A stretch of 42,137 nucleotides of DNA from Chloroflexota bacterium (lineage in GTDB: Bacteria; Chloroflexota; Dormibacteria; Aeolococcales; Aeolococcaceae), in contig VBGJ01000148.1 of NCBI GenBank assembly GCA_005880445.1, forward strand, positions 1 through 42,137, in the 5' to 3' direction. Within the stretch, counting starts at the first letter, position 1, and every line of letters begins with the position of its first letter. Under the pieces are notes generated by a model. That model was not told the origin of the DNA, made no database searches, and saw only the letters and a list, made by a program, of their open reading frames with translations. Positions 1-11,379 of this stretch are shown piece after piece. Made by a program: the position numbers and the translations under genes.

Positions 1-2
1 GC

Positions 3-170
3 CAGCGCGGGCTCCTGGCTCACTCCGGCGAGCGCCTCAACCTCAGCGCGCGCGGCTTCTTTCGCGTGCTTCGGGTGGCGCGCACCATTGCCGATCTCGC
101 GGGCGATCCCATGGTGGCTGAGGACGCCCTCGCCGAGGCGCTCCACTATCGCGCGGCCGCGGATGGCTGA
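3..170 (+). CDS. comM: ComM/YifB family Mg-chelatase-like AAA+ ATPase, 3' end (partial)
   Basis: Hand translation of frame 3: ...[23 protein letters not shown]...[14 protein letters not shown], the typical YifB/ComM C-terminus; directly upstream of dprA. Not in the ORF track. Confidence 0.85.
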   Translation, partial: QRGLLAHSGERLNLSARGFFRVLRVARTIADLAGDPMVAEDALAEALHYRAAADG

Positions 171-1053
171 CGCGCCCGCGCCTCGATTCATGGACTCCCG
201 GGCGCCCGATTGGCCGGACCGGCTCTCCCATCTGGCGCGGCCCCCGGCAGGGCTGTGGATCTGGGGTGTCGCCAGGCCCCGCCCACCGGTGGTGGCCGTC
301 GTCGGCTCGCGGCTGGCCACCCCTGCCGGGATGGACATCGCCCGCTGCCTCGGCCACGAGCTCGCCTCCCTCGGCGTCCAGGTGATCAGCGGCATGGCAC
401 GCGGCATCGATGCGGCCGCCCACCGTGGGGCGCTCGAGGCCGGGGGCGAGACACTGGCCGTGCTCGGGTGCGGCATCGACGTGTGCTACCCGCGGCAGCA
501 CCGCCAGCTCCGCTCGCAGATCGTCGCCTCCGGCTGCGTGATCAGCGAGGAGGACCGTGACGCGGAGCCGTTCAAATCGCAGTTCCCGAAGCGGAATCGC
601 CTCATCGCGGCCCTGGCGGTCGCCGTCGTGGTGGTCGAGGCGACGGCGCGCAGTGGGGCGCTGAGCACCGCGCGATGGGCTGCCGATCTGGGCCGCGAGG
701 TGCTGGCGGTGCCCGGCTCGATTCGCACGCCGCAGAGCCAGGGCACGAATCTGCTGATCCGCGACGGCGTCCGGCCCTACCTGAGCATCACCGACCTGCT
801 CGAGGCAACCCCGGAGCTGGCGGGCGCCCTGCCCGCGGCGGGCGGCGCCCACCCGCTCGGGATGGTGCCGGCTGGTTTGGCGCCGCCGCTCGAGGAGATA
901 CTTGGGCGCATGGGATCGGCACCCGTGCATCCGGACGACCTCGGCACCGCGCTGGGCTTGCCGGCGTCGGTGCTCGCCGCCCGCCTCGGCGCCCTCGAGC
1001 TGGCGGGCGCGGTTATGTCCCTGCCGGGCGGGCAGGTGGCGCGTACCTTTTAG
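163..1053 (+). CDS. dprA: DNA-protecting protein DprA/Smf
   Basis: [37 protein letters not shown] motifs and C-terminal winged helix; ATG at 163 overlaps the comM end. Confidence 0.95.
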   Translation: MADAPAPRFMDSRAPDWPDRLSHLARPPAGLWIWGVARPRPPVVAVVGSRLATPAGMDIARCLGHELASLGVQVISGMARGIDAAAHRGALEAGGETLAVLGCGIDVCYPRQHRQLRSQIVASGCVISEEDRDAEPFKSQFPKRNRLIAALAVAVVVVEATARSGALSTARWAADLGREVLAVPGSIRTPQSQGTNLLIRDGVRPYLSITDLLEATPELAGALPAAGGAHPLGMVPAGLAPPLEEILGRMGSAPVHPDDLGTALGLPASVLAARLGALELAGAVMSLPGGQVARTF

Positions 1054-1089
1054 AGCCACCGGCCCAAAGCCAAGCTACCTTAAGAAGAG

Positions 1090-3423
1090 ATGGCCAACCG
1101 CCTGATCATCGTCGAGTCGCCCAGCAAGGCGAGGACGCTCGCCCGGTTCCTCGGCTCCGAGTACACGGTCCTCGCCTCGATGGGCCATGTTCGCGACCTG
1201 CCCAAGTCGAAGATCGGCGTCGACGTCGATGCCGGCTTCGCGCCCCAGTACGAGGTGATCAAGGGCAAGGAGAAGCAGATCCGCGAGCTCAGGGCGGCTG
1301 CCCGGAAGGCGCAGGCCACGCTGCTCGCGGCCGACCCCGATCGTGAAGGCGAGGCGATCGCGTGGCACCTGGCGCAGGCGCTCGGGCTGCACGACCCCGA
1401 CCGCATCGTCTTCCATGAGATCACCAAGTCCGCCGTGGATGCGGCGCTGGCGCACCCACGCAAGATCGACCGCTCGCTCGTGTCCGCGCAGGAAGCGCGC
1501 CGCGTCATCGACCGGCTCGTGGGATACCGGCTCTCGCCGCTTCTGTGGCGCAAGGTGCGAGCCGGGCTGAGTGCGGGTCGGGTGCAGTCGGTTGCCGTTC
1601 GGCTCGTGGTGGACCGAGAGGCTGAGATCGAAGGCTTCGTTCCTGTCGAGTCGTGGACCGTCGACGCGGTTCTTGTCAAGGATGGCTCGAATCCGTTCAA
1701 GGCGCGTCTCGTGGGACGCCGCGACGGCGACGCGGGAGCGGACGACGAGAAGCTCGAGCTCTCCAGTCAGGTCGAGGCAGAGACCGTGCTTCGTGCTCTC
1801 GGCCTCGACGGCGACGGTGCGGTCACCGAACGCACGCCGGTGTTCGCCGTGCGAGGCGTCGAGACGAAGGAGACCTCACGCAACGCACCGCTGCCATATA
1901 CGACGAGCGCCATGCAGCAGGATGCGAGCACCAGGCTGCGGTTGTCGCCGAAGCGCACGATGAGCATCGCCCAGGAGCTGTACGAGGGGATCGATCTGGG
2001 CAGCTCGGGCGCGACCGGGCTGATCACCTACATGCGCACGGACTCGACGCGGATCAGCGACCTGGCGCGCGCCGAAGCCGGGAAGTTCGTGACCGGGGCG
2101 TTCGGCAGGGAGTACGTGCGCAGCGGCGCGCCCAAGCCACGTGGCGGTCACAACGTGCAGGACGCACACGAAGCGATCCGTCCCACCGACGCGTCGCGCA
2201 CGCCGGAGTCGATCCGGCAGCACCTCTCACCGCCACAGGCGAAACTGTACGAGTTGATCTGGCGGCGGTTCGTGGCCAGCCAGATGAGCGCGGCGCGATT
2301 TCTCAACACACGGGCCACCATCGACGCAGCGGGTTACGTGTTCCGGGCAACGGGATCGGTGCTGCAATTCGACGGCTTCCAGCGAGTCTGGAAGCGCGAC
2401 GACGACAAGGACGGCGACGAGACGCTCCCCGAGCTGACCGATGGCGAGCGGCTGACGTGCACCGATGTCTTGTCGGAACAGCACTTCACGCAGCCGCCGC
2501 CGCGCTACACGGAGGCGTCGCTGATCAAGGAGCTCGAGGAGCGCGGCATCGGACGGCCGTCGACCTACGCGCCGACGCTGGAGACGATCCAGGAGCGCAA
2601 CTACGTTCGCCAGCAAGAGCGCCGCCTTCACCCGACGGAGCTCGGCAAGACGGTGGATACGGTCTTGCGCACCAACTTCCCCGACATCGTCGATGTCGCG
2701 TTCACCGCCGAGCTCGAGAAGCGCCTCGACTCGGTGGAGGAGGGCAAGCGCCAGTACGAGCCGACGGTACGTGCCTGGTATCTGCCGTTCGCGGCAACGG
2801 TGGAGAAGGCCGAGACGTCGATGCAACGGGTCAAGGTGCCGGCGCGCGAAACCGGTGAGGAGTGTCCCGAGTGCGAGGTGGGGCGTCTCGTCGTACGCGA
2901 GGGCCGCTACGGCGAGTTCGTCGGATGCTCGCGCTTCCCTGAATGCACATACGTCAAGGACCGCCGCGGAGCCAGCGCCGAACCCACGGGAGAGTCGTGC
3001 CCGCAATGCGGACGCCCGCTGGTGACGCGGCAGAGCCGTCGTGGCCCGTTCGTGGGCTGTTCCGGATATCCGGAGTGCAGATACATCAAAAACGCGCGTG
3101 CCGAGGCGAACGGTGAGGCGGCAGAGGGCGGGCTCGAGGTCGCCGCTGAGCAATTGGGGGTGTGCCCCGAGTGCGGGAAGCCGCTGTTGCGACGCAGCGG
3201 CCGCCGCGGCTCGTTCGTCGGGTGCTCGGGCTTTCCGGGGTGCCGGTATATCCAGCCGGGATCGGGCGGGCGCAGCGCGGCGCCGGCACCGGAGCCCACC
3301 GGGGATCCGTGCCCCGAATGCGGCAAGCCGTTGGTGAGGCGCCAGGGGCGTTACGGCCCCTTCGTCAGCTGTTCTGGCTATCCCGCGTGCAAGTACCGCC
3401 CGCCAAAGGGAGCCGCCGCATGA
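1090..3423 (+). CDS. topA: DNA topoisomerase I with four C-terminal C4 zinc ribbons
   Basis: [42 protein letters not shown] (catalytic Tyr), GIGRPSTY; four CPxC...CSx(F/Y)PxC repeats. Confidence 0.98.
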   Translation: MANRLIIVESPSKARTLARFLGSEYTVLASMGHVRDLPKSKIGVDVDAGFAPQYEVIKGKEKQIRELRAAARKAQATLLAADPDREGEAIAWHLAQALGLHDPDRIVFHEITKSAVDAALAHPRKIDRSLVSAQEARRVIDRLVGYRLSPLLWRKVRAGLSAGRVQSVAVRLVVDREAEIEGFVPVESWTVDAVLVKDGSNPFKARLVGRRDGDAGADDEKLELSSQVEAETVLRALGLDGDGAVTERTPVFAVRGVETKETSRNAPLPYTTSAMQQDASTRLRLSPKRTMSIAQELYEGIDLGSSGATGLITYMRTDSTRISDLARAEAGKFVTGAFGREYVRSGAPKPRGGHNVQDAHEAIRPTDASRTPESIRQHLSPPQAKLYELIWRRFVASQMSAARFLNTRATIDAAGYVFRATGSVLQFDGFQRVWKRDDDKDGDETLPELTDGERLTCTDVLSEQHFTQPPPRYTEASLIKELEERGIGRPSTYAPTLETIQERNYVRQQERRLHPTELGKTVDTVLRTNFPDIVDVAFTAELEKRLDSVEEGKRQYEPTVRAWYLPFAATVEKAETSMQRVKVPARETGEECPECEVGRLVVREGRYGEFVGCSRFPECTYVKDRRGASAEPTGESCPQCGRPLVTRQSRRGPFVGCSGYPECRYIKNARAEANGEAAEGGLEVAAEQLGVCPECGKPLLRRSGRRGSFVGCSGFPGCRYIQPGSGGRSAAPAPEPTGDPCPECGKPLVRRQGRYGPFVSCSGYPACKYRPPKGAAA

Positions 3424-3998
3424 CGCAGGCCCACGCGACGACCATCGTCGCCGTGAAGCGCGACTCGCAGGTGGCGATAGCCGGCGACGGGCAGGTGACC
3501 GTCGGCGACGTGATCATGAAGCAACGCGCGTCGAAGGTTCGCCGCATGTTTCACGACCAGGTTGTGTGCGGCTTTGCCGGCGCGGTCGGCGACGCGCTGA
3601 CTCTGTTCGACAAGTTCGAGCAGCACCTCGAGAAGCACCAAGGCAATCTGCTGCGCGCCGCAGTCGGCCTGAGCAAGGAATGGCGCACCGACAAATATCT
3701 GCGGCGCCTGGAGGCAAATCTGATCGTCGCGAGCGCGGACCGTCTGCTGCTGCTCAGCGGCGACGGCGAGGTGATCGAGCCCGACGAGTCGGACGGTGTC
3801 GCCGCAATCGGAAGCGGTGGTCCATATGCGCACGCTGCTGCACGAGCCCTGCTCGACAACACAACCCTCTCCGCCGCGGAGATCGCCCAGCAGTCACTCG
3901 AGATCGCCGCGCGCCTCTGCATCTACACCAACGACAACATCACCGTGGAGACGCTCGACCGAGTGCCAGGAGCCATGCCTTCGCTGGTCTCGCGATGA
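3420..3998 (+). CDS. hslV: ATP-dependent protease peptidase subunit HslV (ClpQ)
   Basis: HATTIVAV N-terminus, [32 protein letters not shown]; ATG overlaps the topA stop (ATGA). Confidence 0.96.
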   Translation: MTQAHATTIVAVKRDSQVAIAGDGQVTVGDVIMKQRASKVRRMFHDQVVCGFAGAVGDALTLFDKFEQHLEKHQGNLLRAAVGLSKEWRTDKYLRRLEANLIVASADRLLLLSGDGEVIEPDESDGVAAIGSGGPYAHAAARALLDNTTLSAAEIAQQSLEIAARLCIYTNDNITVETLDRVPGAMPSLVSR

Positions 3999-5512
3999 GC
4001 GCACTGCCGCACGAGCGACTCGAGCAGACGACGTCCGCTCCGGACGCGCCGGAGATCGCGACGTCGCAGAACGGCACCGGAGACCAGCCGCCGGCGCCGG
4101 ACCAGCAGCACCTCGACATCGTTGACGAGGTCGCCGGAGAGGAGCTGCGGCCCGTCGAGGTGGTGCGCCGCCTCGACGAGTACATCATCGGTCAGGGCGA
4201 CGCCAAGAAATCGGTGGCGATCGCGCTTCGCAACCGGATCCGGCGACAGCAGCTGTCCGACGAGCTGCGCCGCGAGGTGTTGCCCAAGAACATCCTCATG
4301 ATCGGACCGACGGGTGTCGGCAAGACGGAGATCGCGCGCCGCGTCGCGCGCCTCACCGCATCGCCGTTCATCAAAGTCGAGGCGACCAAGTTCACCGAGG
4401 TGGGCTACGTCGGGCGCGACGTCGAGTCGATCGTTCGCGACCTGCTCGAGCAGACCATCACCGAGGTGCACGACGACCGCATCGCGGAGGTCGAGGGCCA
4501 AGCCAAGGAGCTGGCCAACACGCGCATCCTCGAGACGCTGCTCGACGCCGACGACAAACCAGCCCCTCGCGTCGAGCAGCCCGAGGGCGGCCAGGTCGAC
4601 AAGACCGCTGAGGCGGCCGCGGCGCGAAGGCGGCGCGCGCGCCGGCGGCGTCTGGCGCGACGGCTGGCGAGCGGCGCGCTCGAGGAGCGCCCGGTCGACA
4701 TCGAAGTCGAGGAGCCGTTTCAACCGGCGTTCGAAGGCTTTGCCGGCACCGGTCTGGAAGAGGTGGGCTATTCGCTCAGTGACTTCTTTTCGCAGATGGC
4801 GCCGGTCCGTAAGCGCCAGAAGCGCATGCCCGTCTCCGAGGCGCGCACGACGCTCATGCAGGAGGAGACGGACCGGCTGATCGACATGGACCGCGTGTAC
4901 GACGACGCGATCCGTCTCGTCGAGGACGACGGCATCGTGTTCATCGACGAGGTCGACAAGATCTGTGGACGCACCTCGGACCACGGACCCGACGTCAGCG
5001 GTGAGGGCGTGCAGCGTGACCTGCTGCCCATTCTCGAAGGCTCGACTGTGCACACACGCTACGGCGCGGTGCGCACCGAGCACGTCCTGTTCATCGCCGC
5101 CGGGGCGTTCACCGCGGCGCGCCCGAGTGACCTCATCCCGGAGTTCCAGGGTCGCTTCCCCATTCGCGTCGAGCTGCAGGCGCTGAGCGAAGCCGACCTG
5201 GTGCGCATCCTGACCGAGCCCAGCAATGCGCTGACGCGCCAGTACGCCGCGCTTCTCGCCACCGAGAACGTCACCCTCGACTTCGCCCCGGACGGGATCG
5301 ACGAGCTCGCCAGGCAGGCGCACCTCGTCAATGAAGAAGACGAGAACATCGGCGCGCGCCGGCTGTTCACGCTCATGGAGCAGGTGCTGGAGGAGGTCTC
5401 CTTCCGGGCCGAGGACTTCAACGGGCAAACCGTGGTGATCGACCGATCGTATGTCGCCGCGCGGCTGGGGGACCTGGTGCGCAACCAGGATCTGCGCCAC
5501 TTCGTGCTCTGA
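3995..5512 (+). CDS. hslU: ATP-dependent protease ATPase subunit HslU (ClpY)
   Basis: [15 protein letters not shown] Walker A, EVGYVG pore loop, FIDEVDKI Walker [28 protein letters not shown]-terminal DLRHFVL; start taken at the ATGA overlap. Confidence 0.96.
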   Translation: MSALPHERLEQTTSAPDAPEIATSQNGTGDQPPAPDQQHLDIVDEVAGEELRPVEVVRRLDEYIIGQGDAKKSVAIALRNRIRRQQLSDELRREVLPKNILMIGPTGVGKTEIARRVARLTASPFIKVEATKFTEVGYVGRDVESIVRDLLEQTITEVHDDRIAEVEGQAKELANTRILETLLDADDKPAPRVEQPEGGQVDKTAEAAAARRRRARRRRLARRLASGALEERPVDIEVEEPFQPAFEGFAGTGLEEVGYSLSDFFSQMAPVRKRQKRMPVSEARTTLMQEETDRLIDMDRVYDDAIRLVEDDGIVFIDEVDKICGRTSDHGPDVSGEGVQRDLLPILEGSTVHTRYGAVRTEHVLFIAAGAFTAARPSDLIPEFQGRFPIRVELQALSEADLVRILTEPSNALTRQYAALLATENVTLDFAPDGIDELARQAHLVNEEDENIGARRLFTLMEQVLEEVSFRAEDFNGQTVVIDRSYVAARLGDLVRNQDLRHFVL

Positions 5513-5543
5513 GGCGCCGGCTCCGGGCGCGCCGTCCGCGCCC

Positions 5544-5552
5544 TGCTAGACT
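5544..5552 (+). promoter_or_regulatory. Extended -10 promoter element (TGcTAGACT) for rpsB-tsf
   Basis: TGnTAnnnT match about 10 nt before the S2-leader-like sequence. Confidence 0.6.
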
Positions 5553-5561
5553 CGAGCCATC

Positions 5562-5660
5562 TCACACGTCCGGTACGACGCGCGTGGCGGGTGCCCTGCT
5601 TGTACGGGTCGCCTGCGCGGATGACATCGGGCGGAGGACAAACCACAACCACGAGGAGGC
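5562..5660 (+). ncRNA. rpsB (S2) leader, autogenous regulatory RNA
   Basis: CACAC...GGGTGCCC...GGGTCG...GGAGG-ACAAACC landmarks resemble the known rpsB leader; outer CGTCCGGT/ATCGGGCG and inner GCGCGTGGCG/CGCCTGCGCG stems can pair; followed by SD GAGGAGG. Confidence 0.75.
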
Positions 5661-5665
5661 GCGGC

Positions 5666-6520
5666 ATGCCCGCTGTAACCCTCCGCCAGCTGTTGGAGGC
5701 CGGGGTCCACTTCGGCCACCAAACCAGCCGGTGGAATCCCAAGATGCGCCCATACATCTTCACTGCGCGCAACGGCGTCCACATCATCGACCTGGAGAAG
5801 ACGCAGCAGCAGCTCGACGCAGCGTGTGACTACGTGCGTGAGCTCGTCGCGGGTGGCCAAAAGATCATGTTCGTCGGCACCAAGAAGCAGGCGCAGGACG
5901 TGATCGAGGAGGTGTGCGCCCGTACCGGTCAACCGTACGTCACGCATCGTTGGATGGGCGGGATGCTCACCAACTTCCCGGTGATCCAGCGACGCCTGCG
6001 GCGTCTTGCCGAGCTTCGCGTCATGCACGAGCGCGGCGACTTCGAGCGCATGAGCGCGAAAGAAGCCAACGACATGCGCGACGATCTCGACCGGCTGGAA
6101 CGCAACTTCGCAGGCATGGCGGAGATGAAGCGGCTGCCCGGCGCGCTCTTCGTCATCGACTGCAAGAAGGAGCGCATCGGAGTCAGCGAGGCGAACAAGC
6201 TGAGCATCCCGATAGTCGCCATCACCGACACGAACTGCGATCCCGACCTGATCCAGCTGGTGATCCCCGGCAACGATGACGCCATTCGCAGCTGCCGGTT
6301 GATCGTGAGCACCATCGGCGAGGCGATCGCCGAAGGGTTGCAGCTGCTCGGCGAGCGCGAGCTTGCCGAGCGCGCGGAGATGGAGCAGCGCGAGCGCGAA
6401 GAGGCGGCCGCGGCGCAGGCTCGGGCCGAGGAGGCAGCGGCCGCCGAACCCGCCTCGTCCGCCGAGCAGCTGACCCCCGCCGGGGCGGCGACGGGCGCGC
6501 CCGGCGGAGACACCGCCTGA
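5666..6520 (+). CDS. rpsB: 30S ribosomal protein S2
   Basis: LLEAGVHFGH, WNPKM, RWMGGMLTNF, DTNCDP, PGNDDAIRS; GAGGAGG SD before ATG 5666. Confidence 0.98.
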   Translation: MPAVTLRQLLEAGVHFGHQTSRWNPKMRPYIFTARNGVHIIDLEKTQQQLDAACDYVRELVAGGQKIMFVGTKKQAQDVIEEVCARTGQPYVTHRWMGGMLTNFPVIQRRLRRLAELRVMHERGDFERMSAKEANDMRDDLDRLERNFAGMAEMKRLPGALFVIDCKKERIGVSEANKLSIPIVAITDTNCDPDLIQLVIPGNDDAIRSCRLIVSTIGEAIAEGLQLLGERELAERAEMEQREREEAAAAQARAEEAAAAEPASSAEQLTPAGAATGAPGGDTA

Positions 6521-7164
6521 TGGCGGACGTCGCCGCAGCGGAGGTCAAGCGGCTGCGCGACGAGACGGGCGCCGGCATGATGGACTCGAAACGAGCCCTC
6601 ACGGAGTCCAAGGGCGACTTCGACAAGGCGAAGGACTGGCTTCGTGCCAAAGGACTCGCGCGCGCCGCGGGCAAGGCCGGCCGGGCCACGAACGAGGGCG
6701 CCGTGGAGGCGTACGTCCACAGCTCGGGCGGTATCGCCAAGCAGGGGGCCCTCGTGGAGCTGCTGTGCGAGTCGGACTTTGTCGCCAAGACGCACGACTT
6801 CAAGGCACTTGCCAAAGAGCTGGCGCTGCAGGTCGTGGGGGCGTCACCGGCATACGTCCGCCGGGAAGATGTACCGGGCGACGTCCTCGAGCGTGAGCGA
6901 GCCGTCTATCGCGAGTCGGTCAAGGACAAGCCGGACAACATCATCGAGAGGATCCTCGAGGGCAAGCTGAACGACTTCTACTCGAGGACGTGCCTCCTCG
7001 AGCAACCCTGGGTCAAGGACGACAAGCGGCGGGTGCGCGACCTCGTCACCGACGCCATCGCCAAACTTGGCGAAAACATAACGGTCGCTCACTTCGCGCG
7101 GTTTGCGGTTGGGGAAGACGCCACCACCGCCGGAGACGGGGCGCTGCCGCCGTCGCCGGCGTGA
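6520..7164 (+). CDS. tsf: Elongation factor Ts (short type)
   Basis: [34 protein letters not shown]; 214 aa; follows rpsB. Confidence 0.97.
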   Translation: MADVAAAEVKRLRDETGAGMMDSKRALTESKGDFDKAKDWLRAKGLARAAGKAGRATNEGAVEAYVHSSGGIAKQGALVELLCESDFVAKTHDFKALAKELALQVVGASPAYVRREDVPGDVLERERAVYRESVKDKPDNIIERILEGKLNDFYSRTCLLEQPWVKDDKRRVRDLVTDAIAKLGENITVAHFARFAVGEDATTAGDGALPPSPA

Positions 7165-7955
7165 GCTCGGAGGTCGCCGCAGTGGGCGTGGCGCAGGCGC
7201 CGCGGCAGGGTGGGGACGGCCGAACGCCCGTCTTCCGGCGCGTGGTGCTCAAGCTCGGCGGCGAGGCGCTGCTCGGAGAGTCCGCGTACGGCATCGACCA
7301 GTCCGCGGCGGTGCGCATCGCCGAACAGCTGCAACGCGTGCACGGACGTGGTGTGCAGACCGCGATCGTCGTCGGTGGCGGGAACATCGTGCGCGGCCTG
7401 GAGGCCACCCATGCGGGAATCGACAGGGTCACCGGGGATTACATGGGCATGCTTGCCACGGTGATCAACGCCCTCGCGCTGCGCGACGCCATCGAGCACC
7501 TCGGCATGCAGTGCCGTCTGCAGAGCGCCATCGCGATGCAGCAAGTGGCCGAGCCGTTCATCCCACGCCGCGCCATCCGCCATCTCGAGAAGGGACGCAT
7601 CGTGATCCTGGCGGCGGGCACGGGCAATCCGTTCTTCACCACGGACACGACGGCCGCGCTGCGAGCCGCGGAGATCGGCGCCGACGTGCTGCTCAAGGCC
7701 ACCAAGGTCGACGGCATCTACACGGCGGATCCGATGAAGCACGCGGACGCGACGCGGCTGCCGCACCTGACGTACCTCGATGTGCTCAACCGCGGTCTCA
7801 CCATCATGGACAGCACCGCCGTCACGCTGTGCATGGACAACCGGATGCCCATCATCGTGTTCGATCTCTTCACCGAGGGGAACGTCGAGCGAGTCATCCT
7901 CGGTGAGCCCATCGGCACCCGCGTCGACGCGGAGGGACAGGTCAATGGCGCCTGA
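7161..7955 (+). CDS. pyrH: Uridylate kinase
   Basis: [46 protein letters not shown]; GTG start overlapping the tsf stop (start uncertain). Confidence 0.96.
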   Translation: MSSEVAAVGVAQAPRQGGDGRTPVFRRVVLKLGGEALLGESAYGIDQSAAVRIAEQLQRVHGRGVQTAIVVGGGNIVRGLEATHAGIDRVTGDYMGMLATVINALALRDAIEHLGMQCRLQSAIAMQQVAEPFIPRRAIRHLEKGRIVILAAGTGNPFFTTDTTAALRAAEIGADVLLKATKVDGIYTADPMKHADATRLPHLTYLDVLNRGLTIMDSTAVTLCMDNRMPIIVFDLFTEGNVERVILGEPIGTRVDAEGQVNGA

Positions 7956-8541
7956 CCGCGACAAGGTCGAGGAGGCGCAGGCGGCGGTCAACGAGCGGGT
8001 TGCCGATGCTCGCCACCGCATGGAGAAGAGCCTCGAGGCCCTGGGCCGCGAGATGCAGGCCGTGCGCACGGGACGAGCGTCGCCCGCCCTGGTCGAGCGG
8101 CTGCAGGTCGACTACTACGGCACACCCACGCCGCTGCAGACGCTGGCCGGCATCTCGGTGCCGGAGCCGACCCAGCTGCTCATCTCGCCCTATGACCGGA
8201 ACGCGACCGTCGCCATCGAGAAGGCGATCCAGAAGAGCGAGCTCGGGCTGAATCCCACCAACGATGGCCAGGTGATCCGGATCTCCATACCGCAGCTCAA
8301 CGAGGAGCGGCGTCGGGACCTCGTGAAGGTGGTGCACCGTAAGGCGGAGGAGGCCAGGGTTTCCATCCGGAACATCCGGCGCGACGAGGTGGAGCATCTC
8401 CGCCGGGTGGAGAAAGAGGGGCACGTGAGCAAGGACGAGGTCGAGACCAAGCTGGCCGAGATCCAGAGGGTCACCGACCAGTTCGTCTCCCGGGTTGACG
8501 AGGCGGTCCAGAAGAAGGAGGCTGAGATCCTGGAGGTCTGA
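7945..8541 (+). CDS. frr: Ribosome recycling factor
   Basis: [41 protein letters not shown]. Confidence 0.97.
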   Translation: MAPDRDKVEEAQAAVNERVADARHRMEKSLEALGREMQAVRTGRASPALVERLQVDYYGTPTPLQTLAGISVPEPTQLLISPYDRNATVAIEKAIQKSELGLNPTNDGQVIRISIPQLNEERRRDLVKVVHRKAEEARVSIRNIRRDEVEHLRRVEKEGHVSKDEVETKLAEIQRVTDQFVSRVDEAVQKKEAEILEV

Positions 8542-8602
8542 GCGTTCGATGGTCTCGGCGCGAAACGCGCCCCGGCACACGATCGTTCACTCCTCAGAAC
8601 CG

Positions 8603-9391
8603 ATGATGCAGAGACCTCCAGCCCCCGCCGCCACGCCTGAGCCCTCGCGACCGGGCCTGCCGCGGCACGTCGGCATCATCATGGACGGCAACGGCCGCTG
8701 GGCCCGGCGCCGGCATCTGCCGCGCGTCGCCGGACACCGCGCCGGGGTCCGCGCGATCCGGCCGGTCATGGAGGCGTGCGACCGCGCCGGCGTCCACATC
8801 CTGACGCTCTACGCCTTCAGCACGGAGAACTGGTCCCGCCCTCGCCACGAGGTGGACGCACTGATGCGCCTGTTCGGCGAGACCATCGAAAGCGAGATCG
8901 GAGAGCTGCACGACAACGGCGTCCAGATCCGGGTGCTCGGCGACAGGCGCCGGTTGAGCGGCGCCCTGCAGCGCAAGGTCGCCGACGCCGAAGCGCTGAC
9001 CGCCGACAACACCACGGCGATCCTCAACGTGGCGATCAACTATGGGGGCCGTGGCGAGATCGTCGCCGCGGTGCGAGAGCTGGCCGCCCGCGGTGTCGAC
9101 CTGGCGGAGCTCGACGAGGAGACCATGAGTCGCGCCTTGTACACGGCGGGGTTGCCAGATCCGGACCTGATCATCCGGACCGCGGGCGAGATGCGAATCA
9201 GCAACTTCATGTTGTGGCAGGCGGCATATGCCGAGCTCTACGTCACGGACACGCTGTGGCCGGATTTCGGGGAGGCGGCTCTCGACGGCGCGCTCCAGGC
9301 GTTCGCTGGGCGCGAGCGCAAGTTCGGCACCGTGAACGACCGCGTCCCGGCGCCGATCATCGACGCCGTCCGCGCCTCGCCCGTGGGATGA
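8603..9391 (+). CDS. uppS: Undecaprenyl diphosphate synthase (cis-prenyltransferase)
   Basis: HVGIIMDGNGRWA, YAFSTENWSRP, NYGGRGEI, DPDLIIRTAGEMRISNFMLWQ; start could also be 8549 or 8606. Confidence 0.95.
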   Translation: MMQRPPAPAATPEPSRPGLPRHVGIIMDGNGRWARRRHLPRVAGHRAGVRAIRPVMEACDRAGVHILTLYAFSTENWSRPRHEVDALMRLFGETIESEIGELHDNGVQIRVLGDRRRLSGALQRKVADAEALTADNTTAILNVAINYGGRGEIVAAVRELAARGVDLAELDEETMSRALYTAGLPDPDLIIRTAGEMRISNFMLWQAAYAELYVTDTLWPDFGEAALDGALQAFAGRERKFGTVNDRVPAPIIDAVRASPVG

Positions 9392-10194
9392 ATCTGTTGC
9401 TCCGGATCATGTCCGGAGCGGTCTTGCTCGCAGTCCTGTTCGCGGCACTCTGGGTGGGCACACCGGCGGTGGCCGCCAGCGTCGCGCTCGCGGTTGCGAT
9501 CGCGATGTGGGAGTACTCCGCGCTGCTCGGCAGGATCGGTCCGCGGCCGCCAGCATGGCTCTTGTACCCGCTCGCGCTCTGGCTTGCGCTACGCCTCGTG
9601 TTCCCGCCCGCATTCCAGGATGCGCAGTGGCCGCTGATCGCCGCCGTCGCCGTCGGCCTGATCGTCGCGGCAGCGCTGCGCACCGGGTTCGACCGGTGGG
9701 CGTCTGCGGTGGCAGGCAGCCTGTACATCGGGCTCAGCCTCGGCTTCTACCTGGCGCTGTTCTTCTGGCGCCCCGCCGACACTGCCCACTTCGGCCTGCG
9801 GCTCGTGGTGCTCGTCCTCATCGCAGTGTTCGCCTGCGACACGGCGGCGTATTTCGCCGGCTCGGCCTTCGGGAGGCACGGCTTCTTCACCTCGATCTCA
9901 CCGCGAAAGACCGTCGAGGGAGCCGCAGCCGGAGCGGCCGCGGCCATCCTGGTAGGCGCTCTGGCCGGCCCCGCGCTCGTGGGCATCGGCGCCGGCACGG
10001 CCGCGGGCATGGGGGCGCTGATCGCAGTGGCGGCCCAGGGCGGGGATCTCGTCGAATCCGCCATCAAGCGACAGGCGGGCGTCAAGGAGTCGAGCGGGCT
10101 GATCCCAGGGCACGGCGGGCTGCTCGATCGATTGGACAGCCTGGTGCTCGTCGGGCCGGTCGTATATTGCTATCTGAGGCTTGTCGCCTTCTGA
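9388..10194 (+). CDS. cdsA: Phosphatidate cytidylyltransferase
   Basis: Multi-TM protein; DTAAYFAG, ISPRKTVEG, GDLVESAIKR, IPGHGGLLDRLDS. Confidence 0.95.
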   Translation: MNLLLRIMSGAVLLAVLFAALWVGTPAVAASVALAVAIAMWEYSALLGRIGPRPPAWLLYPLALWLALRLVFPPAFQDAQWPLIAAVAVGLIVAAALRTGFDRWASAVAGSLYIGLSLGFYLALFFWRPADTAHFGLRLVVLVLIAVFACDTAAYFAGSAFGRHGFFTSISPRKTVEGAAAGAAAAILVGALAGPALVGIGAGTAAGMGALIAVAAQGGDLVESAIKRQAGVKESSGLIPGHGGLLDRLDSLVLVGPVVYCYLRLVAF

Positions 10195-10227
10195 CTGCTG
10201 TGAGGGGTTGATCTGGACCATGAAGCA

Positions 10228-11379
10228 ATGAGGACGCGCCGCCGTATCGTGCTGCTCGGCGCGACCGGTTCGATCGGTCGCCAGGCGTGCGACGTCATCG
10301 CCCGCTTCCCCGACCGGTTCGAGCTGGTTGGCGCCGTCGCCGGGCGCGATGCAGCCGGCCTCGCCGTGGTGGCGGATCGGTTCGCCGGACCGCGCACGGC
10401 GGTTGTCGCGCCCGATGCGAACGCGACGCTGCCGCCGGGCTGCGCGTCCGGGATCGAGGCGGCGTGCGACATAGCGGCGATGGACGCCGACGTGGTCTGC
10501 GTGGCGATCACCGGTGCGGCGGCGCTGCGCCCGACGCTTGCGGCTCTGGATGCCGGTCGCCTGGTGGCCACCGCCACCAAAGAGGTGCTGGTGATGGCCG
10601 GGGAGCTGGTGCGTGCCCGGGCGGCCTCGGCCGGGACGCGAGTCATCCCCATCGACAGCGAGCACAGCGCCGTATGGCAGTGCCTCCGGGGTGAGGACGT
10701 CGCGTCCGTGCGGCGCATCGTCCTCACCGCAAGCGGAGGGCCGTTCCTGCACCGTCCCATCGGCACGTTCTCGTCGATCACCGCCGAAGAGGCGCTGGCG
10801 CATCCGACCTGGCGCATGGGCCCGAAGGTGACGCTCGACTCGGCGACGATGCTGAACAAGGGCTTGGAGATCATCGAAGCGCACTTTCTCTTCGACGTGC
10901 CGTACTCCCGCATTGAGGTTGCCATCCATCCCGCGAGTGTCGTGCACAGCTATGTCGAATTCCAGGATGGCGCTGTGATGGCCCAGCTGGGCGAACCGGA
11001 CATGCGCATTCCGATTGCGCTCGCCCTGGGCGACGGAGAACGGCTGCCGGAGGTCGGGCGGACGCTCGAGCTGCGGGGCGCAGCGCCACTCGAGTTCTTC
11101 GACGTCGACACGCAACGCTTCCCCGCGGTAGGCGTGGCGCGCGCCGCCGGCGAGGCCGGCGGGCTCTCGCCATGCGTGCTCAACGCCGCCAACGAGGTGG
11201 CGGTGGCCGCCTTCCTCGATGGGCGGTGCCGCTATGACGAGATCATCCCGATCGTGTCCGAATGCGTCGAGCACGCTCCCTCCGGCGACCAGGCGTCACT
11301 CGACGACGTCCTCGCCGCCGACGCGTGGGCGCGGGAGCGTGCCGGCGAGCGGCTCGCGCCCGGAGCGACCGTGGCGTGA
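10228..11379 (+). CDS. dxr: 1-deoxy-D-xylulose 5-phosphate reductoisomerase
   Basis: LGATGSIG, PIDSEHSA, TASGGPF, HPTWRMGPKVTLDSATMLNKGLEIIEA, NAANEVAV. Confidence 0.97.
   Translation: MRTRRRIVLLGATGSIGRQACDVIARFPDRFELVGAVAGRDAAGLAVVADRFAGPRTAVVAPDANATLPPGCASGIEAACDIAAMDADVVCVAITGAAALRPTLAALDAGRLVATATKEVLVMAGELVRARAASAGTRVIPIDSEHSAVWQCLRGEDVASVRRIVLTASGGPFLHRPIGTFSSITAEEALAHPTWRMGPKVTLDSATMLNKGLEIIEAHFLFDVPYSRIEVAIHPASVVHSYVEFQDGAVMAQLGEPDMRIPIALALGDGERLPEVGRTLELRGAAPLEFFDVDTQRFPAVGVARAAGEAGGLSPCVLNAANEVAVAAFLDGRCRYDEIIPIVSECVEHAPSGDQASLDDVLAADAWARERAGERLAPGATVA

Noticed and set aside
2845-3400. Repeated DNA segments at the topA 3' end as a repeat array or CRISPR
   Set aside because: They encode the four standard zinc-ribbon domains; no identical direct repeats with spacers.
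5591-5665. Longer N-termini offered by the ORF track (rpsB from 5591; likewise hslV, rel, cdsA, nadK, FtsA-like)
   Set aside because: Extensions overlap upstream genes or leader RNA; SD sites, ATGA/TGATG overlaps and family N-termini support later starts.
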